From Mobula hypostoma (lineage: Eukaryota), in assembly GCF_963921235.1 (NCBI RefSeq), contig NC_086098.1, forward strand, positions 372,001 through 436,000: 64,000 nucleotides of DNA. The letters run 5' to 3'. The stretch's first letter is position 1. Every line of letters starts with the position of its first letter. Positions 48,390 through 60,186 of this stretch are shown here, one piece after another. The notes under the pieces are model-generated. The model saw nothing but the letters and a program-made list of their open reading frames with translations. It did no database searches and had not been told where the DNA came from. The translations under genes were made by a program, and so were the position numbers.

Positions 48390-50930
48390 TAGTATTAGGT
48401 AGCGAACCAAGGCAGGTCACAGATCTCTCAGTGGGAGAGCATCTGGGGGACAGTGACCACTGCTCCCTGGCCTTTAGCATTATCATGGAAAAGGATAGAA
48501 TCAGAGAGCACAAGAAAATTTTTAATGGGGGAAGGGCAAATTATGAGGCTATAAGGCTAGAACTTGTGGGTGTGAATTGAGATGATGTTTTTGCAGGGAA
48601 ATATACAATGGCCATGTGGTTGATGTTTAGGGATCTCTTGCAGGATGTTAGGGATAAATTTGTCCCGGTGATGAAGATAAAGAATGGTAGGGTGAAGGAA
48701 CCATGGGTGACAAGTGAGGTGGAAAATCTAGTCAGGTGGAAGAAGGCAGCATACATGAGGTTTAGGAAGCAAGGATCAGATGGGTCTATTGAGGAGTATA
48801 GGGAAGCAAGAAAGGAGCTTAAGAAAGGGCTGAGAAGAGCAAGAAGGGGACATGAGAAGGCCTTGGCGAGTAGGGTAAAGGAAAACCCCAAGGCATTCTT
48901 CAATTATGTGAAGAACAAAAGGACGACAGGAGTGAAAGTAGGACCGATTAGAGATAAAGGTGGGAAGATGTGCCTGGAAGCTGTGGAAGTGAGTGAGGTC
49001 CTCAATGAATACTTGTCGTCGGTATTCACCAATGAGAGGGAACTTGATGATGGTGAGTACAATATGAGTGAGGCTGATGTTCTGGAGCATGTTGATATTA
49101 AGGGAGAGGAGGTGTTGGAGTTGTTAAAATAAATTAGGATGGATAAGACCCGGGGGCTGACGAAATATTGCCCAGGCTGCTCCATGAGGTGAAGGAGGAG
49201 CTTGCTGAGGCTCTGGCTAGGATCTTTATGTCCTCGTTGTCCATGAGAATGGTACTGGAGGATTAGAGGGAGGCGAATATTGTCCCCTTGTTCAAAAAAG
49301 ATAGTAGGGATAGTCCAGGTAATTATAGACCAGCGAGCCTCACGTCTGTGGTGGGAAAGCTGTTGGAAAAGATCTCTGGGCATTTAGAGAATCATGGTCT
49401 GATCAGGGACAGTCAGCATGGCTTTGTGAAGGGCAGATCATGTCTAACAAGCCTGATAGAGTTCTTTGAAGAGGTGACCAGACATAGAGATGAGGGCAGT
49501 GCAGTGGATGTGATCTGCATGGATTTCAGTAAGGCATTTGACGAAGTTCCACGTGGTAGGCTTATTCAGAAAGTCAGAAGGCATGGGATCCAGGGAAGTT
49601 TGGCTAGGTGGATTTAGAATTGGCTTGCCTGCAGAAGGCAGAGGGTCGTAGTGGAGGGAGTACATTCAGATTGGAGAGTTGTGACAAGTGGTGTCCCACA
49701 AGGGTCTGTTCTGGGACCTCTACTTTTTGTGATTTTTATTAACGACCTAGATGTGGGGGTAGAGGGGTGGGTTGGCTAGTTTGCAGACGACAGAAAGGTT
49801 GGTGGTGTTGTCGATAGTGTAGAGGATTGTCAAAGATTGTGGAGAGACATTGATAGGATGCAGAAGTGGGCTGAGAAGTGGCAGATGGAGTTCAACCCAG
49901 CGAAGTGTGAGGTGGTACACTATGGAAGGACAAACTCCAAGGCAGAGTACAAAGTAAATGGCAGGACACTTGGTAGTGTGGAGGAGCAGAGGGATCTGGG
50001 GGTACATGTCCACAGATCCCTGAAAGTTGCCTCACAGGTGGATAGAGTAGTTAAGAAAGCTTATGGGGTGTTGTCTTTCGTAAGTCGAGGGACAGAGTTT
50101 AAGAGTCGCGATGTAATGATGCAGCTCTATAAAACTCTGGTTAGCCCACACTTGGGAGTACTGTGTCCAGTTCTGGTCACCTCACTATAGGAAGGATGTG
50201 GAAGCATTGGAAAGGGTACAGAGGAGATTTACCAGGATGCTGCCTGGTTTAGAAAATATGCATTATGATCAGAGATTAAGGGAGCTAGGGCTTTACTCTT
50301 TGGAGAGAAGGAGGATGAGAGGAGACATGATAGAGGTGTACAAGATAATAAGAGGAATAGATAGAGCCAGCGCCTCTTCCCCAGGGCACCACTGCTCAAT
50401 ACAAGAGGACATGGCTTTAAGGTAAGGGGTGGGAAGTTCAAGGGGGATATTAGAGGAAGGTTTTTTACTCAGAAAGTGGTTGGTGCATGGAATGCACTGC
50501 CTGAGTCAGTGGTGGAGGCAGATACACTAGTGAGGTTTAAGAGACTGCGGGACAGGTATATGGAGGAATTTAAGATGGGGGGTTATATGGGAGGCAGGGT
50601 TTGAGAGTCTGCACAACATTGTGGGCCAAAGGGCCTGTACTGTGCTGTACTATTCTATGTTCTATGTTCTTTGAACATGACCCTGCTGTAGAAATTACTA
50701 GGGTTAGCCATAGCACTCTACTTTTCTGAGCTCCATGTACCTATCTAAAAGTCTCTTCAAAGGCCCTATCGTATCCACCTCCACTACCGTTGCTGGCAGC
50801 ACATTTCACGCAATCACTACTCTGCGTTAAAAAAAACTTACTCCTGACATCTCCTCTGTACCTACTCCCAAGCACCTTAAACCTGTGTCCTCTTGAGGCA
50901 GCCTTTTCAGCCCTGTAAAAAGCCTCTTAC

Positions 50931-51096
50931 TATCCACATGATCAATGCCTCTCATCATCTTATACACCTCTATCAGGTCACCTCTCATCCTCCGTCACTA
51001 CAAGGAGAAAAGGTATCCACATGATCAATGCCTCTCATCATCTTATACACCTCTATCAGGTCACCTCTCATCCTCCGTCACTACAAGGAGAAAAGG
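50931..51096. repeat. Perfect 2 x 83-bp tandem duplication
   Basis: 50931-51013 equals 51014-51096. Confidence 0.95.
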
Positions 51097-51177
51097 TCGA
51101 ATTCACTCAAACTGTTTTCACAAGGCATGCTCCCCAATTCAGGCAACATCCTTGTAAAACTTCTCTACACCCTTTCT

Positions 51178-51588
51178 TTCTTTCTCTTCAAATCTTCTTA
51201 TTGTTATATACAGGAAAAATAACATGAGTACATCGAAGTAACAACACTTACAAAGCCTCAAAAAAAAAACATTATCTTAAAGATTGAAAAAAAAAATTTG
51301 TGATAACAAAAAAAATCTACTAAGCAGAAAAGTGAGAAAAAGAAAGAACCCATTAGGTGTACAACCTCGGAGCCATGCGTCATACAAAAAGCTTTAAAAA
51401 TAAACATCAAACCGCCAGCAAGAAAAGAAAATATACTAAAAAAAATTTACAATTAGATCGTGGAAAAATTATATCAATTAACTCAAATGATAATAACGAG
51501 CAAATGAGCCCCATCTTTTCTCAAAATCAAATAAGGGTTCTAAGGTTCGACTTCTAATTTTCTCCAAACTAAGACATAGTATCACTTG
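51178..51588 (-). mobile_element. 5'-truncated L1-clade element related to 34796-40708
   Basis: Encodes QVILCLSLEKIRSRTLEPLFDFEKRWGSFARYYHLS*; T-rich 3' UTR; (GAAA)n tail; 15-bp TSD ctctacaccctttct at 51163-51177 and 51589-51603. Confidence 0.92.
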
Positions 51589-54215
51589 CTCTACACCCTT
51601 TCTATGGTTTCCACATCCTTCCTGCAGTGAGGTGACCAGAACTGAGCACAGTACTCCAAGTGGGGTTTGAACAGGGTCCTATATAGCTGCAACATTACCT
51701 CTCAACTCTTAAGTTCAATTCCACGATTGATGAAAACGAATACACTGTATGCCTCCTTAGAACATGCAGTACATTACAGGCCCTTCGGCCCACAATGTTG
51801 TGCCGACCCTCAAACCCTGCCTCCCATATAACCCCCCACCTTAAATTCCTCCATATACTTGTTTAGTAATCTCTTAAACTTCACTAGTGTATCTGCATCC
51901 ATCACTGACTCAGGCAGTACATTCCATGCATGAACCACTCTCTGAGTAAAAAACCTTCCTCTAATATCCCCCTTGAACTTCCCACCCCTTACCTTAAAGC
52001 CATGTCTTCTTGTATTGAGCACTGGTGCCCAGGGAAAGAGGCACTGGCTATCCACTCTATCTATTCCTCTTAATATCTTGTACACCTCTATCATGTCTCC
52101 TCTCATCCTCCTTCTCTCCAAAGAATGAAGCCCGAGCTCCCTTAATCTCTGATCATAATCCATACTCTCTCAACCAGGCAGCATCCTGGTAAATCTCCTT
52201 TGTACCCTTTCCAATGCTTCCACATTCTTCCTATAGTGAGGCGACCAGAACTGGACACAGTACTCTGAGTGTGGCCTAACCAGAGTTTTATAGAGCTGCA
52301 TCATTACATCATGACTCTTAAACTCTATCCCTTGACTTATGAAAGATAACACCCCATAAGCTTTCTTAACTACCCTCTCTACCTGTGAGGCAACTTTCAG
52401 GGATCTGTGGACATGTACCCCAGATCCCGCTGCTCCTCCACACTACCAAGTATCCTGCCATTTACTTTGTACTCTGCCTTGGAGTTTGTCCTTCCATAGT
52501 GTACCACCTCAAACTTCTCCGGGTTGAACTCCATCTGCCACTTCTCAGCCCATTTCTGCATCCTATCAATGTCTCTCTGCAATCTTCGACAATCCTCTAC
52601 ACTACCTACAACACCACCAACCTTTCTGTCATCTGCAAACTTGCCAACCAACCTTTCTACCCCACATCCAGGTCGTTAATAATAGTCACGAAAAGTAGAG
52701 GTCCCAGAACAGATCCTTGTGGGACGCCACTAGTCACAAACCTCCAATCTGAATGTACTCCCTCCACCACGACCCTCTGCCTTCTGCAGGCAAGCCATTT
52801 CTGAATCCACTTGGCCAAACTTCCCTGGATCCCATGGTCTTCTGACTTTCTGAATAAGCCTACCGTGTGGAACCTTGTCAGGTGCCTTACTAAAATCCAT
52901 GCAGATCAAATCCACAGCACTACCCTCATCTCTATGCCTGGTTACCTCCTCAAAGAACTCTATCAGGTTTGTTAGACACGATCTGCCCTTCACAAAGCCA
53001 TGCTGACTGTCCCTGATCAGACTATGATTCTCTAAATGCCCATAGATCCTATCTCTAAGAATCTTTTCCAACAGCTTTCCCACCACAGACGTAAGGCTCA
53101 CTGGTCTATAATTACCCGGACTATCCCTACTACCTTCTTTGAACAAGGGGACAACATTTGCCTTTCTCTAATCCTCCAGTACCATTCCCGTTGACAGCAA
53201 GGACATAAAGATGCTAGCCAGAGGCTCAGCAATCTCTTTCCTCGCCTCGTGGAGCAGCCTAGGGAATATTCTGTCAGGCCCCAGTTCTGTCCTAATGTAT
53301 TTTAACAACTTCAACACCTCCTCTCTCTTAATATCAACATTCTCCAGAACATCAACCTCACTCATATTGACCTTGGCGTCATCAAGTTCCCTCTCATTGG
53401 TGAATACTGAAGGGAAGTATTCATTGAGGACCTTGCTCACTTCCACAGCCTCCAGGCACATCTTCCCACCTTTATCTCTAATCGGTCCTACCTTCACTCC
53501 TGTCATCCTTTTGTTCTTCACATAATTGAAGAATGCCTTGGGGTTTTCCTTTACCCTACTCGCCAAGTCCTTCTCATGCTTCTTGCTCTTCTCATCCCCT
53601 TCTTAAGCTCCTTTCTTGCTACCCTATATTCCTGAATAGACCCATCTGATCCTTGCTTCCTAAACCTCACGTAAGCTGCCTTCTTCCACCTGACTAGATT
53701 TTCCACCTCACTTGTCACCCATGGTTCCTTCACCCTACCATTCTTTATCTTCCTCACTGGGACAAATTCATCGCTAACATCCTGCAAGAGATCCCTAAAC
53801 ACCGACCACATGTCTATAGTACATTTCCCTGCAAAAACATCATCCCAATTCACACCCGCAGGTTCTAGCCTTATAACCTCATAATTTGCCCTTCCCCAAT
53901 TAAAAATTTTCCTGTCCTCTCTGATTCTGTCCTTTTCCATGATAATGCTAAAGGCCAGGGAGTGGTGGTCACTTTCCCCCAGATGCTCACCCACTGAGAG
54001 ATCTGTGATCTGACACGGTTCATTACCTAATACTAGATCTAGTATGGCATTCCCCCGGTTGGCCTGTCCACATACTATGACAGGAATCTGTCCTGGACAC
54101 ACTTAACAAACTCTGCCCCATCTAAACCTTTGGAACTAATCAGGTGCCAATCAATATTAGGGAAGTTAAAGTCACCCATTATAACAACCCTGTTATTTTT
54201 GCACCTTTCCAAAAT

Positions 54216-54754
54216 CTGCAGTTTTGGTCTCCAAATTTGAAGAAGGATATTCTTGCTATAGAGGGAGTGCAGCGTAGGTTCACGAGGTTAATTCTCGGGA
54301 TGGTGGGACTGTCATATGTTGAAAGACTGGAGGGACTGGGTTTGCATAATCTGGAATTTAGAAGGATGAGAGGGGATCTGATTGAAACATATAAGGTTAT
54401 TAAGGGATTGGACACGCTAGAGGCAGGAAACATGTTCCCGATGTTGGGGGAATCCAGAACCAGAGGCCACAGTTTAAGAATAAGGGGTAGGTCCTTTAGA
54501 ACGGAATTGAGGAAAAATTTTTTCTCACGGAGAGTTGTGGATATATGGAATGCTCTGCCTCAGAGGGCAGTGGAGTCCAATTCTCTGGATGCTTTCAAGA
54601 AATATTTAGATAGATCTATTAAAGATAGTGGAATCAAGGGATATTGGGAGAAGGCAGGAGCGGGGTACTGATTGTGGGTGATCAGCCATGATCACAGTGA
54701 ATGGTGGTGCTGGCTGGAAGGGGCGAATGGCCTACTCCTGCACCTATTGTCTAT
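54216..54754 (+). mobile_element. 5'-truncated CR1 3' end
   Basis: [21 protein letters not shown]... through the ctattgtcta tail. Confidence 0.9.
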
Positions 54755-54785
54755 CCAAGTCTCTGTAATGGCCACCACATCATAG

Positions 54786-55045
54786 GCCAGCTGGTGGCGC
54801 AATGGCGTCAGCGCCGGACTCCGGTGCGAAGGTTCCCGAGTTCGAATCCAAGTCGGGCCACCCCCCGAGCACGCTTTCCATTCGTGCTGGGTTGAGACTC
54901 GAGCTAGCCACTCAGCCCTTAAAAAGAAAAGGGGTTGAGTCAGGAATCTTCATATCGTGACCCGGTTAATCTGAAAGGAGACCAATCCTGACACCACGTA
55001 CCAGACAAAAATGGCTGACTGTCGGTGCGACGTGCTAAAAAAAAA
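54786..55045 (+). mobile_element. Young tRNA-derived SINE with a poly(A) tail
   Basis: A-box tggcgcaatgg at 54795-54805, B-box gagttcgaatcc at 54838-54849, CpG-rich, A9 tail, catcatag duplication at 54778-54785 and 55049-55056. Confidence 0.85.
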
Positions 55046-55521
55046 TCCCATCATAGCTCCAAGTACTGATCCCCGCTCTAAGCTCATCCGCTTTGTTCAG
55101 AATATTCGTTGCGTCAAAATAGACACATCTCAATCCGTCGGTCTGAGCACGTCTCTTCTCTATCACCTGCCTATCCTCCCTCACACACTGACGCCAAGAT
55201 TTCTGTATTTGTGAGCAAACTGCCTCTTCCCCAGTCTCTTCAGTTTGGTACCCACCCCCCAACATTTCTAGTTTAAACTCTCTCCAGTAGCCTTACCAAA
55301 CCTCCCCGCCAGGATATTGGTCCCCCTGGGATTCAAGTGCAACTCTCCCTTTTTGTACAGGTCACACCGGCCCCAAAAGACGTCTCAAATGATCCTGAAA
55401 TCCGAATCCTTGCCCCCTGCTCCAATCCCTCAGCTACGCATTTATCCATGCATTTACATTAAGCTCCCTCATAAAATATGGATTATTATTCAACACCCAA
55501 CCTAAGATAGCCTTTCCTCAA

Positions 55522-56798
55522 CACAAAATAATCTGCAGATGCCGTGATCAAAGCGACACTTTCAGTACGCTGGATGAACTCAGCAGGTCGGGCAGCATCA
55601 GTTAGAAACGATGAGTCGACGTTTCAGGCTGGAACCCTTCGTCAGGACTGAAGAATGAAAGATGGGGAAGGGTTTGAAGAATGCTTGTAGCTTCAGTTGA
55701 AAGACCAGTAATTTGAAAAACAAGAGGTGGGGGAGGGGAAGCATTGACATCATAGCCCTGAAAACAATGGGTAGTAGAAGAAGGAGTGAAAACAATGGGT
55801 CTTAGAAGAACCGTCATCAATGATGCCCTCACCCGCATTTCCTCCATTTCCCGAACTTCGGCCCTCACCTCATCCTCCCGCAACCACAACAGGGACAGAG
55901 TTCCCCTTGTCCTTACCTATCACCCACCAGCCTCTGGATCCAACACATTATCCTCCGCAACTTCCGCCACCTTCAACAGGACCCCATCATTAAGCACATC
56001 TTTCCCTCTCCATCCCTCTCCGCCTTCTGCAGGGATCGGTCCCTCCGTGACTCCCTTATCCGCATGTCCATCCCCACTGATCTCCAACCCGGCACTTATC
56101 CCTGTAAGCGTAAGTGCTACACCTGTCCCTACACCTCATCTCTTGCAACCATTCAGGGCCCCAAACAGTCCTTCCAGATGAGACAACACTTCACTTGTGA
56201 GTCTGTTGGGGTCATCTATTGCATCCGGTGCTCCCGGTGCAGCCTCCTCTACATCGGTGAAACCCAACGCAGATTGGGGGACCGCTTTGTTGAGCACCTC
56301 CACTCCGTCCGCCACAACAGACAGGATCTCCCGGTAGCCACCCACTTCAACTCTGCTTCCCATTCCCATTCAGATATGTCCATACATGGCCTCCTCTAAT
56401 GCCATGATGAGGCTAAACTCAGGTTGGAGGAGCAACACCTCATATACCGTCTAGGTAGTCTCCAGCCCCTTGGTATGAACATAGAATTCTCCAACTTCCG
56501 GTAATTCCCTCCCCCTCCCTTCCTCTATCCCTATTTCACTCTACCCCCTCCCCCAACTCCCTTATGGTTCCGCCTCCTCCTTCTACTACCCATTGTTTTC
56601 AGGGCTATGATGTTAACGCTTCCCCTCCCCCACCCCTTTCAAATTACTGGTCTTTCAACTGAATCTACAAGCATTCTTCAAATCCTTCCCCATCTTTCAT
56701 TCTTCAGTCCTGACGAAGGGTTTCGGCCCGAAACGTCGACTCATTGTTTCTAACTGATGCTGCCCGACCTGCTGAGTTCATCTAGCGTACTGAAAGTG
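55522..56798. mobile_element. Penelope-like element: inverted partial terminal repeat plus 5'-truncated GIY-YIG body
   Basis: VIYCIRCSRCSLLYIGET on +; arms 55556-55786 / about 56575-56799; TSD tagcctttc(c/t)tcaa at 55508-55521 and 56799-56812. Confidence 0.93.
56706..56741 (+). ncRNA. Minimal hammerhead motif (mirror copy on - at 55614-55649)
   Basis: agtc-ctgacga-a-ggg tttcgg ccc-gaaac-gtc-gact. Confidence 0.78.
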
Positions 56799-57530
56799 TA
56801 GCCTTTCTTCAAGTAGGCTCAAGCACAAGCTGCTCTAAAAAGCCATCTCATAGGTATTCAACATCTCCTGTGATCCCACCCCAATCTGATATTCCCAAAT
56901 CCCTTGCATATTGAAGTCCCCATTACAATTGGGGGACTTATTGCTTGCCTTTTCCAGCTCCCTTTGCAATCTCAACCCCACATCTTGGCTCATATTTGGT
57001 GGCCGATACAGTATATGATTCCCATAATGGATTTTTTACCCTTGCAGTTCCTTAACTCCACCCACAAAGATTCAACATTCTCTGACCATTTCTAAAGATA
57101 TAATTCCATTTTTTACCAACAGATCTACACCACTGCCTCTACCTTCCTGCCTGTCCTTTTGATAAAAAGTATATCCTTTGATGTTAAATTCCCAACTATG
57201 GCCTTCTTTCAGCCATGACTCAGTGATACCCACAATGTCATACTGACCAATCTCTAATTGTGCCACGAGTTCGTCCACTTTATCTGAATACTATACCCAT
57301 TAAAATACAGCACCTTCAGCCCTGCATTCTTCACCCTTTTGAATTTTGCCTCTGTGGTTCAATTCAACTCTTTGTTGTGTCTGCATTTGTACCCAATCAT
57401 TGGCTTGTCCTTCCTTAATTCATGCTACGCCCCATCATCTACTTGTAAACCTGCTGGCTCATCCTCAGCTCTATCATACAGGTTTCCATCCCTCTGTCAG
57501 GTTAGTTTCAACCACTCCCAACAGCTCTTG
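56799..57530 (-). mobile_element. CR1 endonuclease-region fragment
   Basis: ORF 57072-57278 DELVAQLEIGQYDIVGITESWL. Confidence 0.8.
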
Positions 57531-58016
57531 TGATAGGAAATAAGAATGTTGAAAATCACAGGACCTAGCAGCATGCAAGGCAGGGCTAACCACAGGTTCT
57601 CTACTGAAGAGAGGCACATTTGATAACAGAAATAATTACTTTCAAGTAAAATATAAGCTAAAATGTAGGATACTACAGTGTAACAATCAAGCTTTGTAAT
57701 GGATTTTTCTAAAAGAATAGAAAAATTAATGAAATTAGAGGAAGTTAATATGAAAGTGATAGATCATTCAGGTCTTGTCTTGCTACTTTAATGGTATCAG
57801 ATACTTCTAACTGAATTAGGAATACTAGAAGCAACAATTCCTTCTAAGACTCAGGATTTCTAGAATTGTTGTTATGCTTATCACTTATATTTCCCGAGTT
57901 TATATTTGACATAATTTATAAATAGCTGAACAACACTGGTAATCCTCCAGTTTTAGCAAAGGTCAATATGCAACCTCAACTCATGCCCAAACATCAGATA
58001 ATATGGCAAGTACCCA

Positions 58017-59757
58017 CACAAAATACTCTGCAGATACTAGGGTCAAAGCAACACTCACAACACGCTGGAGGAACTCAGCAGGTCGGGCAGCATCCGTGGA
58101 AAAGATCGGTCAAAGTTTCGGGCCGGAACCCTTCGTCAGGACTGAAGGGGGAAGGGGCAGAGGCCCTATAAAGAAGGTGGGGGGAGGGTGGGAAGGAGAA
58201 GGCTGGTAGGTTCCAGGTGAAAAACCAGTAAGGGGAAAGATAAAGGGGTGGGGGAGGGGAAGCAGGGAGGTGACAGGCAGGAAAGGTGAAGAAAGAACAG
58301 GAGAAAACACAATGTGTAGTAGTAGGAGGCGGAACCATGAGGGAGGTGATAGGCAGCTGGGGGAGGGGGCAGAGTGACATAGGGATAGGGGAAGGGAGGG
58401 GGAGGGAATTACCGGAAGTTGGAGAATTCTATGTTCATACCAAGGGGCTGGAGACTACCTAGACGGTATATGAGGTGTTGCTCCTCCAACCTGAGTTTAG
58501 CCTCATCATGGCAGTAGAGGAGGCCATGTATGGACATATCCGAATGGGAGTGGGAAGCAGAGTTGAAGTGGGTGGTTACTGGGAGATCCTGTCTGTTTTG
58601 GCGGACAGAGCGGAGGTGCTCGACGAAGCGGTCCCCCAATCTGCGTCGGGTTTCACCGATGCAGAGGAGGCTGCACCGGGAGCACCGGATGCAATAGATG
58701 ACCCCAACAGACTCACAAGTGAAGTGTTGCCTCACTTGGAAGGACTGTTTCGGGCCCTGAATGGTGGCAAGAGAGGAGGTGTAGGGCCAGGCGTAGCACT
58801 TGCGCTTACAGGGATGAGTGCCAGGTGGGAGATCCGTGGGGAGGGACGTGTGGACCAGGGAGTCGCGGAGGGACCGATCCTTGTGGAAGGCGGAGAGGGG
58901 TGGAGAGGGAAAGATGTGCTTAGTGGTGGGGTCCTCGGTCCCTCCGCGACTCCCTGGTCCACACGTCCCTCCCCACGGATCTCCCACCTGGCACTTATCC
59001 CTGTAAGCGCAAGTGCTACGCCTGGCCCTACACCTCCTCTCTTGCCACCATTCAGGGCCCGAAACAGTCCTTCCAAGTGAGGCAACACTTCACTTGTGAG
59101 TCTGTTGGGGTTATCTATTGCATCCGGTGCTCCCGGTGCAGCCTCCTCTACATCGGTGAAACCTGACGCAGATTGGGGGACCGCTTCGTCGAGCACCTCT
59201 GCTCTGTCCGTCAAAACAGACAGGATCTCCCAGTAGCCACCCACTTCAACTCTGCTTCCCACTCCCATTCAGATATGTCCATACATGGCCTCCTCTACTG
59301 CTATGATGAGGCTAAACTCAGGTTGGAGGAGCAACACCTCATATACTGTCTAGGTAGTCTCCAGCCCCTTGGTATGAACATAGAATTCTCCAACTTCCGG
59401 TAATTCCTTCCCCCTCCTTTACCCTATCCCTATGTCACTCTGCTCCCTCCCCCAGCTGCCTATCACCTCCCTCATGGTTCCGCCTCCTTCTACTACCCAT
59501 TGTGTTTTCCCCTATTCTTTTTTCACCTTTCCTGCCTATCACCTCCCTGCCTCCCCTCTCCCACCCCTTTATCTTTCCCCTCACTGGTTTTTCACCTGGA
59601 ACCTTCCAGCCTTCTCCTTCCCACCCTCCCCCCACCTTCTTTATAGGGCCTCTGCCCCTTCCCTCTACAGTACTGATGAAGGGTTCTGGCCCGAAACGTC
59701 GACTGATCATTTCCACGGATGCTGCCTGACCTGCTGAGTTCGTCGGCATGTTGTGAG
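58017..59757. mobile_element. 1741-bp fold-back Penelope-like insertion
   Basis: Arms 58053-58877 / 58935-59758, each with a GIY-YIG C-terminus and terminal repeat; 36-nt tail; TSD tatggcaag(t/c)accca at 58002-58016 and 59758-59772. Confidence 0.95.
59669..59704 (+). ncRNA. Minimal hammerhead motif (mutated mirror copy on - at about 58108-58143)
   Basis: agta-ctgatga-a-ggg ttctgg ccc-gaaac-gtc-gact. Confidence 0.65.
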
Positions 59758-60186
59758 TATGGCAAGCACCCAGTAGCTTCGTTTCGAGTACAGCTGTAAC
59801 TGTGGACCATATGTCCAATATGTTGACTCCACCTGCTCTTCTTACTGACCTCCAATGTCTGAAGCATGTCTATCAAAGTCTGATTAAACCTCTCGGGCTG
59901 GGGATCACCCTTCGGATGATAGGGTGTGGTCCTCGACTTCTCGACTCCAAGAATGCCCGGTGACTCATGGATGAGTCTGCTCTCGAAATCCCGTCCCTGA
60001 TCACTATGTATCTCCCTGGGAAGGCCTGTTTAAATGAAATACTTCTCTCATAACGCTTTTTCCACCGTGGACGCCCTCTGGTCCTTGGTAGGAAAAGCCT
60101 GAGCATATCTGGCGTAGTGGTCCGTGATGACTAAGACATTCGCCGCGTTGCTGGCATCGGGTTCTATTGACAGGAAATCCATACAC

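Larger units (their letters stand above)
43960..50670 (+). mobile_element. Near full-length CR1 (ORF1 esterase plus ORF2), split by the 45564-48389 insertion
   Basis: ORF1 SGNH/GDSL motifs IGDSIVR, LPGARV, HVGTND, DGLQLN; EN YFNARSIRNK; resumes at 48390 with a tagta duplication; (CTATGTT)n tail. Confidence 0.93.
50690..51760 (-). mobile_element. CR1 3' fragment hosting an L1 fragment and a tandem duplication
   Basis: Reverse complement of the family at 1-2004. Confidence 0.88.
51760..55480 (-). mobile_element. CR1 copy, same family as 43960-50670, opposite orientation
   Basis: ORFs 51810-52163, 52730-53146, 53168-53566, 53551-54102; interrupted by a + strand CR1 (54216-54754) and a SINE. 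Confidence 0.92.
57955..60186 (-). mobile_element. Ty3/Gypsy integrase remnant, split by a Penelope palindrome
   Basis: CMDFLSIE...VITDHYARYAQAFPT, IHSDQGRDFES, TTPYHPKGDPQPERFNQTL, NEATG; continues beyond the TSD as YLPYYLMFGHELRLHIDLC. Confidence 0.88.

Noticed and set aside
54786..54860. tRNA gene
   Set aside because: A and B boxes are present but no convincing acceptor stem; followed by a SINE body, poly(A) and a target duplication.
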